Shown here: positions 1 to 8,142 of the stretch, piece by piece
Numbering within the stretch: the stretch's first letter is position 1
Layout: each line of letters opens with the position of its first letter
Virus record (IMG/VR): IMGVR_UViG_3300036791_000329
Span: 1-48,289 of that record
From: a virus
Taxonomy: Duplodnaviria > Caudoviricetes
Length of the DNA stretch: 48,289 nucleotides
Reading direction: 5' to 3' (one strand)
The notes under the pieces: generated by a model
What the model saw: only the letters and a program-made list of their open reading frames with translations
What the model was told of the DNA's origin: nothing
Databases searched by the model: none
Program-made: the position numbers and the translations under genes

Positions 1-127
1 CACAGGGATGCATATAATGACAAAAATCAGCAAAGCGAAACTTTAGCGACTGGCTTGTGGTGCGGCTTTGGCTGTTGGTTTAGACTGTACGGCTTTTGTA
101 GATCATCAGACTGTTTCTCTGATGCTG
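1..127. repeat. 127-bp exact terminal direct repeat (copy 1); probable circular-assembly overlap
   Basis: CACAGGGATG...CTCTGATGCTG is identical to 48163-48289; 127 is a common assembler k-mer length. Confidence 0.9.
104..124. other. candidate attP core
   Basis: CATCAGA-CTGTTTC-TCTGATG: 7-bp inverted repeat around a 7-bp spacer just downstream of int; flanked on the circle by TGTGCCA/TGTGAC pairs at 223-240 and 48136-48153. Confidence 0.55.
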
Positions 128-170
128 TAAAGGCACGCATCAATTTTATGTTAAGTTAAACAGCTATATA

Positions 171-1217
171 TCAGTAGTTTACAACTGATAGTGCTGGCTT
201 TGATTCCACATCATCATCACTCTGTGCCAGAAATGTGACAATGCCACTAAATTTGCTCAGGTGTTCCGTGCTGAGGTGGGCGTACTTGTTCACCATTTCC
301 AGCTTCTCCCATCCGCCCATTTCTTTCAGCATCATCAACGGCGTTCCGTTCTGAACATGCCAGCTTGCCCAGGTATGACGAAGGTCATGAAATCGGAAGT
401 CTGTTATGCCAGCGCGATTTAATGCTCTGGAAAACTCGCCTCTGGATATCTGGTTAGCTTGCCCGCCATTCAGAGAGAATACGTAATCAGAATCTCGGTC
501 ACATGAGGTGATCATCTTCACCGCTTCATCATTGAGCGGTAGCGGCCTAGCTTTTCCGGACTTGGCGTTATCAGCCGTCACCACAGCAATACGACGAGAA
601 AGATTCACGCTCTCCCACTTCATGCTTAATATTTCACCTTTCCTTGCCCCGGTAAGTAGCGCGAAAGACACAACACGCTTCATCCACTCGGTTTCAAGCG
701 AGCTGATAAGACCCCTTGCCTGGTCTTTCTCTATCCACCGGACGCGAACCTTTGGTTCTCGCTGGGTAGAAATGTGCGGCGCGGTGGTGATCCATCCGGA
801 CTTAACAGCGAGTGAGAAAGCCCTCATAATGAAGGAGCGGTAACGGTTACGTGTTGCATTGGACAATTTGCATCGCTTGGCTGGCGAAAAAGAAGGGAGG
901 TTATCTGCAATTTCCTCCCCGCTTATTTTCGTGATCAGCCTGTCACCAAACACAGAAAGCCAGTATCTCGCATAAATCTGCTTGTTGATGAAGCACGATT
1001 GCCCCTCAGCCTCCCTCAAGGCAAGTACCACAATATCCCCGAATGTCCTGTCTGGAATCTTTCCAAGCCTCGCCACCTGCCATAGCTCATGCTTCAGCTT
1101 GTCGTGATATTCCTGTGCTTTTGCTTTGTCCTCGGTGCCAGTAGAGCGTCTAATTCTCTCTCCGTCTGGCGCTGAGATGTCCACCCAGTACTTCTTACCT
1201 CTTTTGATGATCGGCAT
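171..1217 (-). CDS. int: tyrosine integrase
   Basis: TGARKGE (R), K in AKSGK, FHDLRHTWASW (HxxR) and KYAH (catalytic Y); P22-like N-terminus. Confidence 0.97.
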   Translation of the reverse strand: MPIIKRGKKYWVDISAPDGERIRRSTGTEDKAKAQEYHDKLKHELWQVARLGKIPDRTFGDIVVLALREAEGQSCFINKQIYARYWLSVFGDRLITKISGEEIADNLPSFSPAKRCKLSNATRNRYRSFIMRAFSLAVKSGWITTAPHISTQREPKVRVRWIEKDQARGLISSLETEWMKRVVSFALLTGARKGEILSMKWESVNLSRRIAVVTADNAKSGKARPLPLNDEAVKMITSCDRDSDYVFSLNGGQANQISRGEFSRALNRAGITDFRFHDLRHTWASWHVQNGTPLMMLKEMGGWEKLEMVNKYAHLSTEHLSKFSGIVTFLAQSDDDVESKPALSVVNY

Positions 1218-1420
1218 TTTTTAGACTCCTTACCGCCGACCACAGCCAGTCGGGTGACATTGTTATTCGGTTGTGTGAATTTTTCCAGGCTTTCATTATT
1301 GGCCCGCCATCCATTACCAACTCTGAACATGTGGTATTTGTAAGGGTTCCGATAGATAGTGTGCTTGGAGACCCTTATCCTCCTTGCGTACTCATCCATT
1401 TTCATGAAGTCGTCACTCAT
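1094..1420 (-). CDS. xis: excisionase (P22 Xis-like)
   Basis: N-terminal HTH-like segment; overlaps the 5' end of int as in P22; GGAGG RBS. Confidence 0.7.
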   Translation of the reverse strand: MSDDFMKMDEYARRIRVSKHTIYRNPYKYHMFRVGNGWRANNESLEKFTQPNNNVTRLAVVGGKESKKCRSSKEVRSTGWTSQRQTERELDALLAPRTKQKHRNITTS

Positions 1421-1435
1421 GGTTTCCTCCAGGCA

Positions 1436-1463
1436 ATAAAAAACCCCGGACTTAGCCGAGGTT
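1436..1463 (-). terminator. intrinsic terminator downstream of the antirepressor gene
   Basis: AACCTCGGCTAAGTCCGGGG hairpin followed by T6 on the minus strand. Confidence 0.75.
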
Positions 1464-1482
1464 TGGTTGTGGTTCGTGGCGA

Positions 1483-2049
1483 TTAATGTATCTGTTTAAA
1501 TTTGCTTCTGTTCATTGGTACGAGCGTGAATGCGTTCGGCTTGAATCCGAGGTCTGTTGATATACCAGCGGCCACTTGCCGCATCTCGTTACCTTGCCCA
1601 AGCATTTCAACCGAAGTCCCCATCAGCTCGTCAAAAATAACCAATTTGACCCTGTATCGATACTGAGCCTCTTTCCTTGCTGGAGCCTCGCGTTTAGCGA
1701 CACCTTTAGTGAAGTAGTCGTGCAGAGCGGAGAAGCATTCTTCCTGATATGCGATAAGCCCATCACGAATGTCGGCACGAACTTTGTTGGGGTTGATGCT
1801 GAACAGCCAGCCGTTGAGCTTGCGAAGTGGGATACATAAGAGGTCACGTCGCTTACCGTCAGCAGCAACTGTATTCATATGAATACAGTTGAACTTATCC
1901 GATTGTCGTTCAAGTTTCTGCTGCTGAGTCCCCCAGGCCATGCCGAGGTTTTCAACTACACAGCGCATGGCAACATAGACAACGCCATCTACCTCTATGG
2001 CATTGATAACGTCAGAACGGAAAGGGACTTCAATAATTTGAATTTTCAT
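1483..2049 (-). CDS. antirepressor, P22_AR_N domain
   Basis: VPF...YVAMRCVVENLGMAW...Q.QKL...LLCIPLRKLNGWLFSINPNKVR matches the P22 Ant N-terminal domain. Confidence 0.88.
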   Translation of the reverse strand: MKIQIIEVPFRSDVINAIEVDGVVYVAMRCVVENLGMAWGTQQQKLERQSDKFNCIHMNTVAADGKRRDLLCIPLRKLNGWLFSINPNKVRADIRDGLIAYQEECFSALHDYFTKGVAKREAPARKEAQYRYRVKLVIFDELMGTSVEMLGQGNEMRQVAAGISTDLGFKPNAFTLVPMNRSKFKQIH

Positions 2050-2336
2050 GAGCGTGCTCCTGATTGGGTAAGGAACACCACCTTTGACGCCAATCTTGGG
2101 TGGTGAACTACGAAGGGTTGGCGTAACCGGTCAATCAAGGAACCCGGCGCATCTTGCGATGCCCCCGCGTAGCCCACCATAGATGTGCAAACGCCGCGCA
2201 CAAAAAAACCGCATAGCGCGGCTGTGCGCTTGATTGATGCCCAGGACGCCAATCCCGGCACCTGATTTTGCAGGTGCACAGAGATAATAGCCCGAACATC
2301 ACAACATTTTCCATAACTCAATAATAATTTAGACAT
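2046..2336 (-). CDS. Ash/Icd-like leader ORF running through the C4 module, ATGA-coupled to the antirepressor
   Basis: GAGG-preceded ATG at 2336; CGFF...SMVGYAGAS..APGS motif of the ash family; stop overlaps the antirepressor start. Confidence 0.5.
   Translation of the reverse strand: MSKLLLSYGKCCDVRAIISVHLQNQVPGLASWASIKRTAALCGFFVRGVCTSMVGYAGASQDAPGSLIDRLRQPFVVHHPRLASKVVFLTQSGARS
2100..2180 (-). ncRNA. C4-type antisense RNA no. 1
   Basis: Closing stem GGTGGGCTACG/CGTAGTTCACC, GCATC-GCAA-GATGC hairpin; loop TTGATTGA and bulge ACGCCAAC are complementary to targets upstream (2229-2254) and downstream (2059-2095). Confidence 0.75.
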
Positions 2337-2479
2337 AAAGCCTCGCAACTATCTGAAATTGTTAGATAGCCTCCTTGCATTTATGTGCGCACAGATTGAG
2401 TGTGGTTTGTTAAATGATTAAAACAAATAGGCATTGCAGATCAATATCATCATATCGATCGGTTTAATCGATCTTGTTT

Positions 2480-3274
2480 CTACTGTTCGCCGGGTAACTG
2501 CGGCGCGGCTGCTATTGCGCGGTCATATGATTCATCCGTTACGTAAGACAGTTCTCCGTAGCCGCTCAGGCTGTATCCAATCAACTGAGCCAATTGCATA
2601 CGGTCTTCTGGCGTGAAATCTTCAACCGCCATCTGATTTAGTCCGTAACCGTGCTCGGTACCGAAATCCAGCAGCTTTCTGACGAGAGTATTTTCTTTGA
2701 AGCGGAGCGTGCCGCGCGAATCAACAACCAGCGGTTGCATCGGCAACTTGTAAGGTTCGGCAGGGAGTGGCGGGGTGGCGGCTATCGCGGCGCGTAACTT
2801 ACCAGGAACATCTGCCCACACTCCAGAGTAATAGCTAGTATTAGGGTCAGCATGCTCCAGCAGGTCCTCTATCGCTGATGCAGCCATATGAAGTAAATCA
2901 TCAGGCGCATTAGGAGGTTGAGGTGCTGTGTAGAGTGGCAAAACTCGGCCGCCCCACTTCTTTACGCTATTTTCCGCGAAAACAAGATGCTCGGGGCGGT
3001 AATAACCAGGGGCATCAATATCCTTTCTCTCGCTATCCCACATGTAAACCACAGGCTTCTCCGCAGCTTCCCACAGTGCCAGTAGCTCACGGGCCATAGC
3101 TTTAACAACCGCTGGTGGAGCGTAACGGTCATTCAGATCGTCCCATAAGCCGCACATCTTCGTGCTGTTGTCAGGATGAACGTCATCGTTAGTGCCGGCC
3201 AGCGCAGTTAAAACTTCGTCTGCTGCCACGATAATTGCGCTCAGGTTTTCATTGCTCAGGTTTGTTGTTGTCAT
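2480..3274 (-). CDS. Eaa/Ea22-like early accessory protein
   Basis: AMARELLAL.EA.EKPV and PLYTAPQPP modules typical of lambdoid ea genes; start placed at the ATG after GGAGG, overlapping the upstream stop. Confidence 0.65.
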   Translation of the reverse strand: MTTTNLSNENLSAIIVAADEVLTALAGTNDDVHPDNSTKMCGLWDDLNDRYAPPAVVKAMARELLALWEAAEKPVVYMWDSERKDIDAPGYYRPEHLVFAENSVKKWGGRVLPLYTAPQPPNAPDDLLHMAASAIEDLLEHADPNTSYYSGVWADVPGKLRAAIAATPPLPAEPYKLPMQPLVVDSRGTLRFKENTLVRKLLDFGTEHGYGLNQMAVEDFTPEDRMQLAQLIGYSLSGYGELSYVTDESYDRAIAAAPQLPGEQ

Positions 3275-3750
3275 AAAGCCTCCTGCGGTTGTAGCGTGGT
3301 TAATGGAATCCAGTGGACAACCTTGTTTGAGTCGTAAGTTTTTCCACCCACCAGAATCGCGCCTCCTGATTGGCGCAAGTGAATGCCTACGCCATCCCCA
3401 AGAAGCTTGCCGTCTTCGCTCCAACACCTAACCTCCGCCCCGTCCAGTGGTCGCTCCTGCGGGAAATAACACGCATATAAATCATCATCGACTTTTAAGC
3501 GCATCTCACTCACTCCCTTCCACGGTGCCGCAGCCAGCGCATCACACTTCCGCTTCAGCCCGTCACGCTCTGCTGCCAGCTTCTCTACATTCTCTTTTGC
3601 CAGCGCGTTAGCCTGCACAGCGGCTTCCATCAGACCGTGAATCATATCCATTTTGGATTTAAGCGCTGCGTAGTCGTCGTAGCGAACATATTTACCGGCA
3701 TCGTCTGTCCAGACATCTTTGTGCATTGCGTCATATCGTTTAACTGTCAT
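3271..3750 (-). CDS. Ea22-like hypothetical protein
   Basis: GKYVRYDDYAAL motif, coiled coil, HWIPL end; coupled ORF chain. Confidence 0.6.
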   Translation of the reverse strand: MTVKRYDAMHKDVWTDDAGKYVRYDDYAALKSKMDMIHGLMEAAVQANALAKENVEKLAAERDGLKRKCDALAAAPWKGVSEMRLKVDDDLYACYFPQERPLDGAEVRCWSEDGKLLGDGVGIHLRQSGGAILVGGKTYDSNKVVHWIPLTTLQPQEAL

Positions 3751-3971
3751 AGCCTTTCCTTAAGCGCCCCGTTAATGACGCCTATGTGATAGATGAGTTG
3801 ATAGAAGGTGAATCGGGGATTGATGCGCTTTTCGTAGCTGAGAAGGATGCGGCGGTTGATGATGTCCCTTTGCTTAGCGTTCCGGGCTTTCTCTGCTTTC
3901 CATGCTTCCTGTATTTCTCCCCAGCATTGACGAGCTGTTGCGCGAATAGCGTTTTGCTCTGCTGTATCCAT
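3747..3971 (-). CDS. hypothetical phage protein
   Basis: ORF in the leftward chain with an overlapping stop/start. Confidence 0.65.
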   Translation of the reverse strand: MDTAEQNAIRATARQCWGEIQEAWKAEKARNAKQRDIINRRILLSYEKRINPRFTFYQLIYHIGVINGALKERL

Positions 3972-3974
3972 GAT

Positions 3975-4145
3975 TCAGTGCTTCGTAGCTTTAATGAATT
4001 TGTCGATGTGCCGGTTATCATCGGGAGACGGGAAGCTATGCCGTGCCTTAAGTTCTGCGGCGGATGGCATTGGCTGCTGTCTGAATTTAGGGCGAGCGAT
4101 GACGTCACCCGGAGTTAAATCCGGGTTATAAATTCCGTTGCGCAT
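3975..4145 (-). CDS. small phage protein (DUF2737-like), not in ORF track
   Basis: Hand translation MRNGIYNPDLTPGDVIARPKFRQQPMPSAAELKARHSFPSPDDNRHIDKFIKATKH; fills the gap between its neighbours. Confidence 0.6.
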   Translation of the reverse strand: MRNGIYNPDLTPGDVIARPKFRQQPMPSAAELKARHSFPSPDDNRHIDKFIKATKH

Positions 4146-4147
4146 AT

Positions 4148-4444
4148 TTAGTTACTCGCTGATATGGCGTTAAGCATGTTCTTAACGTCTGAGTTAGTTC
4201 TGTCGAGGCGGCGGGCTATTGTGACGATGTTCCAGTTAGGATTCCGTTCCTTTAGAAGCTGCAACTCGTACAACTCCCATTCCTGTTTGTGCTTTACTTT
4301 TGCCGCCTCTGTTTCTTCTGCGATTCGATGTGCTTTGAGAGGATTACGGGTGAAGGTCTTATCTGGCAGCATCCAGCCGCTGTACGCGCTGTAATAGCGC
4401 AATACGGTAGTCCCGCACCGTATGTTGTCGTGTGCATTGTTCAT
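4148..4444 (-). CDS. DUF1317-like protein with possible C-terminal HTH
   Basis: HDNIRCG...GWMLPD...RNPLKA.R.AE motif. Confidence 0.65.
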   Translation of the reverse strand: MNNAHDNIRCGTTVLRYYSAYSGWMLPDKTFTRNPLKAHRIAEETEAAKVKHKQEWELYELQLLKERNPNWNIVTIARRLDRTNSDVKNMLNAISASN

Positions 4445-4446
4445 GG

Positions 4447-5007
4447 CTATTCACCACTTTTATTTTGAAGCTCTGTTTTCCGGCTGTTGTATGCTTCATC
4501 CAACTTCTTAAGCTTTTCATCGTTGCCAGATAGTGCTGTCTTTGTTTTCTGGTAGAAATGCTCAAGCTTTTCTAACGGTGCGGTAATTGCTTGCTCGCAG
4601 AACCATGCAAGAGGGTCAACGATGTTTAGTTTTTCTACGAAGTGCTCAACTCGTTTTCCGCGAGACACTGTTAGCATTAGAGAGAAATTTGATTCGATGT
4701 GGCTCATTGCTTTTACTTTGATGCCGCCAACTGCCACACCCCCAAATTTAACTGAAGGGTCGCCAATCAGCGTTAAAGACTTTCCAGCCCACGAATGACC
4801 ATCATTTCCCCATCCACCAATAAGAACCCGACGCATTGATTTAGATGGCTTGTAAGGTCGTCCATCAAAACCTTCTAAATCAATAAAAACTGGCTGTTCT
4901 TTGTTTCCCTGACGAACCGATTTAATTACTGCCGTAATGCTGACGGACTGCACATCTTCAAAGTTAATCTGGTCAGAGCGCGGGACTACGGTGCTTGAAA
5001 TGTCCAT
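4447..5007 (-). CDS. uncharacterised protein in the recombinase (SSAP) position
   Basis: Directly downstream of and coupled to the RecE-like nuclease; no RecT, Bet or Erf motif recognised. Confidence 0.7.
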   Translation of the reverse strand: MDISSTVVPRSDQINFEDVQSVSITAVIKSVRQGNKEQPVFIDLEGFDGRPYKPSKSMRRVLIGGWGNDGHSWAGKSLTLIGDPSVKFGGVAVGGIKVKAMSHIESNFSLMLTVSRGKRVEHFVEKLNIVDPLAWFCEQAITAPLEKLEHFYQKTKTALSGNDEKLKKLDEAYNSRKTELQNKSGE

Positions 5008-5828
5008 TAGAGATATACCTCGTCGTCAAATTCTTCTTCAAATAGATATCCAGGAACGTTTATTTCGCTGGACGGTAATACCATCCCTTCATATTGGAGA
5101 GAGGGGTTGTCCATACACCCCAAAAGCATGTCCATTGCTTCAAACATGACTTTCCTGCCGAGTTCCAGTGAGTCCTCGCCGATGTAGTACATGCAGTTTT
5201 TGAAAGGTGCAGTGTTTTCGATGGCGAAGAATGCAAACTGGTTAAGCTCTCGCCCGGTGACTAGCTTCAACACGTACAAATAAAATGCTGCCTGCACATG
5301 GTAGTGATACTGACCGAACGCCTGACTGAACCCGCGCTGCGTTGCATCCCTGCAACTTTTCACATCCAGAGGGTAAGGGTGGCTATCTGAAAGTCTGTCG
5401 AATCGGCATTTCAGATTTAGACCGGTAACAGGGCAGGTGGCGAACATAGATACTTCTGAGTGGCCTTTAGCGGAAAGATAATCAGTAAAGTCATGATTCA
5501 GATTTGACGATTCAATCATCCGGTTTATCGTGTCAACTTCATTGCCGATAAGTATGTTTTCGGGATTAGCGCCTGGCAGAAGTGCCTTGTACTCTTTCGA
5601 TGCACGAGTGCTGATATCCGGTTTTAGCAAAAAGTCCTTTTCAAACACGCTAGGCTCAAGTAATGCTGCGTGTATGGCAGTGCCAATCTGTGCCGACTTA
5701 CTTCCTTTGAACGGGTTGAAATACAGGTTAGCCGGACTAACGCTAATGGCCTTTATTGTCGTCGAGCCTATCGCCTCGTCCTTGTGATAGTCCTCATTCG
5801 ACAGGTCGTAATAAATCCCCGGTTCCAT
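5007..5828 (-). CDS. RecE-like exodeoxyribonuclease VIII (PD-(D/E)XK, DUF3799)
   Basis: [41 protein letters not shown] motifs. Confidence 0.9.
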   Translation of the reverse strand: MEPGIYYDLSNEDYHKDEAIGSTTIKAISVSPANLYFNPFKGSKSAQIGTAIHAALLEPSVFEKDFLLKPDISTRASKEYKALLPGANPENILIGNEVDTINRMIESSNLNHDFTDYLSAKGHSEVSMFATCPVTGLNLKCRFDRLSDSHPYPLDVKSCRDATQRGFSQAFGQYHYHVQAAFYLYVLKLVTGRELNQFAFFAIENTAPFKNCMYYIGEDSLELGRKVMFEAMDMLLGCMDNPSLQYEGMVLPSSEINVPGYLFEEEFDDEVYL

Positions 5829-6136
5829 TATGCTGCTCTCCTCTGCTCATGCTTTGCTTTGAAGATGCCGAGTGCATACTCAGCTTTAACCCGCTCCGTT
5901 AAAGCGTCCCAGAGCCATTCAGCGGCCTTTTCCTGAAAAGCCAGATCATCATCAGATAGATAGTCAACGGCGTCCCCTGTGTGTTCGTCAGGCTGGAAAT
6001 TGCGGAGCAGGGAAGTGATAGGGTTTGATGCTTTAGCTAGGCGTTCGACTTCAGCGTAAATCCGCTCTTTGTCCTGCTCATTTAGGGAGGAAATGATGTT
6101 CTTAATTTCCTGCTTGTCTGCGTATGTGAGTCTCAT
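5828..6136 (-). CDS. hypothetical phage protein
   Basis: Coupled ORF with GGAG RBS. Confidence 0.7.
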   Translation of the reverse strand: MRLTYADKQEIKNIISSLNEQDKERIYAEVERLAKASNPITSLLRNFQPDEHTGDAVDYLSDDDLAFQEKAAEWLWDALTERVKAEYALGIFKAKHEQRRAA

Positions 6137-6237
6137 GCTGACTCCTTCTGCGGCTCTTTTACTGGTACGCCGAGGTCTTTAAGCAGCCTGGCGAATTGTG
6201 CGTCTGTCATATCGCGAGGGGATTTCTTCTGCTCCAT
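6133..6237 (-). CDS. 34-aa ORF in the kil position, not in ORF track
   Basis: [34 protein letters not shown]; start and stop overlap both neighbours. Confidence 0.5.
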   Translation of the reverse strand: MEQKKSPRDMTDAQFARLLKDLGVPVKEPQKESA

Positions 6238-6416
6238 CACGGTTGTCCCGGCTGGCTAAGAAAAGCAACGAGGCGGTCAAATAATCGTTGTAGCTGCGTC
6301 TTCAAATCTGGCTGTCGAAAGTCTGAGCTCGTTAATACATTGCAACGTGCAAACTCAATATCTTTGATGGCGTTAAAAGGGCGAACCGATGCCGCCCCTG
6401 CAATAGCGAATTGCAT
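6237..6416 (-). CDS. cIII: CIII-like protein
   Basis: Begins MQFAIAG (lambda CIII begins MQYAIAG); AGGAG RBS; correct position. Confidence 0.6.
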   Translation of the reverse strand: MQFAIAGAASVRPFNAIKDIEFARCNVLTSSDFRQPDLKTQLQRLFDRLVAFLSQPGQP

Positions 6417-6474
6417 GGTTATGCTCCTGTTAGGTTTGTGTTCATTCATCAGCCTTAAGCTCAGGAATGGACGC

Positions 6475-6500
6475 AATAAAAAAGCCGCGATTAGGCGGCA
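6475..6500 (-). terminator. tL-type intrinsic terminator
   Basis: GCCGCCTAATCGCGGC followed by TTTTTTATT on the minus strand. Confidence 0.75.
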
Positions 6501-6550
6501 ATAGGGACAACGCGGGTTTAGGTAGCTCTCAGTGAAAGCTGATGCGGAAG

Positions 6551-6814
6551 TTACTCGGTAGGTGGCGGGAGCATTAAAGACCATTCGCTTACATTTTCCA
6601 TGAGCCCATTACCATCCGCTACTGGCCCATCTCCTCGCCCATCACCGAAGCGAATGCTTTCCATGAAGCCGTAATGCTTAGCCCCACCTGACCATGTGAA
6701 GCCGAAATAAGCTGGGATAACACCCATTTCGCAGTTAACAAGCAAAGGAACATCCGTTCTCCAGCTGCAATCAGGAATGGAAGGCATCCTGTCGCTGCAC
6801 TTAATCCACTCCAT
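6551..6814 (-). CDS. DUF551-family protein
   Basis: MEWIKCSDRMP ... VSEW..LPPP; AGGAG RBS. Confidence 0.8.
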   Translation of the reverse strand: MEWIKCSDRMPSIPDCSWRTDVPLLVNCEMGVIPAYFGFTWSGGAKHYGFMESIRFGDGRGDGPVADGNGLMENVSEWSLMLPPPTE

Positions 6815-6816
6815 AT

Positions 6817-7077
6817 CTATTCTCCTGTAGCCTTGCTGATAGCGGCGCGAGCCTTGTCTAACCATGGCCTGAAATGCGATTCGATATAATCCATATCCAC
6901 ATCAGAAAGGATTATTTCTGTTTTTAATCGCTGTAGCGCTTCCAGTAACTCAGGCGCTGCACTAGCCATCCTCATATCATCTTCTTGTGCGTAGACTGCC
7001 TGAAACAGCACTTCGGATGTGTTTAAGTCGACAACATAATTCTCATCAGCATCCCAATGCTTCGCCTCACTCATCAC
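6817..7077 (-). CDS. hypothetical phage protein
   Basis: AAPELLEAL...ARAAISKATG motif common in phage early proteins; GAGGAG RBS. Confidence 0.75.
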   Translation of the reverse strand: MMSEAKHWDADENYVVDLNTSEVLFQAVYAQEDDMRMASAAPELLEALQRLKTEIILSDVDMDYIESHFRPWLDKARAAISKATGE

Positions 7078-7115
7078 TCACTCCTCTGCATAAAAATGGC
7101 CTCACAATGGCGACA

Positions 7116-7292
7116 TTAAAATGGCTTATATCCATGCTTAAATGCGTAATCGTATGCCTCATCTTTAGTGTCGAAATACTCATATTCCGCAAATCCATTT
7201 TTGAAATACTGGCAACACCAATGCGGAGGGATGCCGTCTTCAGGTCCATAGTTCTGATGAAACACTTCAACCACTTCAATTTTTTCGCTCAT
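7116..7292 (-). CDS. 58-aa hypothetical protein, not in ORF track
   Basis: GAGGGG RBS; MSEKIEVVEVFHQNYGPEDGIPPHWCCQYFKNGFAEYEYFDTKDEAYDYAFKHGYKPF. Confidence 0.6.
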   Translation of the reverse strand: MSEKIEVVEVFHQNYGPEDGIPPHWCCQYFKNGFAEYEYFDTKDEAYDYAFKHGYKPF

Positions 7293-7393
7293 AACCCCTC
7301 ACTTAACGATATGCACCGCTTCTTTGCGGACTGTGCGATGACCTCAATTAGTGCCGGGATATTTATCCACGCCCGGCGCGTGGCTTCCCTGCT

Positions 7394-7438
7394 TTCCACA
7401 GACAAAGGAAACTGATAAATTGTTTATTCCACAGACAA
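7394..7438 (+). repeat. 12-bp direct repeat upstream of the antisense cassette
   Basis: TTCCACAGACAA at 7394-7405 and 7427-7438, 33 bp apart. Confidence 0.75.
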
Positions 7439-7452
7439 TTTAAGGAAAATCA

Positions 7453-7551
7453 ATGAGCGACAATACGGGCTTTGCACAAGACCACATGCCGCCTCGAATG
7501 CAGCCAAAACCACAACCGAAGCCTATTCCGGCACCAGCGCCAAAGAAGTAA
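7453..7551 (+). CDS. 32-aa proline-rich peptide A, not in ORF track
   Basis: TAAGGA RBS at 7441-7446; MSDNTGFAQDHMPPRMQPKPQPKPIPAPAPKK. Confidence 0.65.
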   Translation: MSDNTGFAQDHMPPRMQPKPQPKPIPAPAPKK

Positions 7552-7576
7552 CGGTTGTTAAAGAGAAATAAGCCAA

Positions 7577-8041
7577 ATGGAAAGAGAAGAACTGCTTTAT
7601 CGAATCGAATACTCATATAACTTTGAAACGATGTTCAGCAAAATTACATGGCGTATTGATAAGTTGATTTCGTTGGTACTTCTGGTTCTTGGCTCAGCTG
7701 TTTTCTCTGGAGTTCAGGGGACGTTCTGGTTTGGCTTGTCCATAGCCATGCTGACGGCGATACAGATGACCTATCAGTATGCTAAGGCTTCTGAGCATTC
7801 ATCTATGCAGGGTAAGGCTTACATGAAACTACTGACGCTTGAGTCTCGGTATTCGGATGATGATCTGCTGGATAAAATTGTCGAAATTGAAGACGGTGAC
7901 CACAAGCCGTGGTTCCTATTGTCAGATCTGGCAATGATACGAACGAATATCCGTAGGGGTTACGATGCAGAATCAGACCCTCAACTCCCCTGGTACATGA
8001 AGGTTATTGGTTGGTTTGCCGGAGACTTGCCTCGCCGGTAA
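7577..8041 (+). CDS. SLATT-like two-TM membrane protein; candidate exclusion/defence effector
   Basis: N-terminal helix, two adjacent hydrophobic segments, then A..H......Y..L helix; antisense to the pL operon, just downstream of N (sieB slot). Confidence 0.65.
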   Translation: MEREELLYRIEYSYNFETMFSKITWRIDKLISLVLLVLGSAVFSGVQGTFWFGLSIAMLTAIQMTYQYAKASEHSSMQGKAYMKLLTLESRYSDDDLLDKIVEIEDGDHKPWFLLSDLAMIRTNIRRGYDAESDPQLPWYMKVIGWFAGDLPRR

Positions 8042-8058
8042 TCCTGACAGGGCGAAAT

Positions 8059-8136
8059 ATGAGCAAAAAAGATATTACTCCAAACCACGCTATTCCGCGG
8101 CCAACTCCCAAGCCGCCGCAACCACAGCCAAAGTAA
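8059..8136 (+). CDS. 25-aa proline-rich peptide B, not in ORF track
   Basis: MSKKDITPNHAIPRPTPKPPQPQPK; weak AGGG RBS; ends just before the terminator hairpin. Confidence 0.55.
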   Translation: MSKKDITPNHAIPRPTPKPPQPQPK

Positions 8137-8142
8137 TTATCA

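Noticed and set aside
2100-2180. tRNA gene
   Set aside because: Cloverleaf-like but lacks the TTCGA T-loop and D-loop consensus; C4-type RNA fits better. No tRNA was recognised anywhere in the window.
2439-2473. Dam-regulated switch from three GATC sites
   Set aside because: No clear promoter could be tied to them; evidence too thin.
7067-7279. 70-aa ORF from the track
   Set aside because: The alternative frame 7116-7292 has a clear RBS and more protein-like composition.
7362-7433. DnaA boxes
   Set aside because: TTATCCACG, CTTTCCACA and TATTCCACA each mismatch the consensus and are far from the origin.
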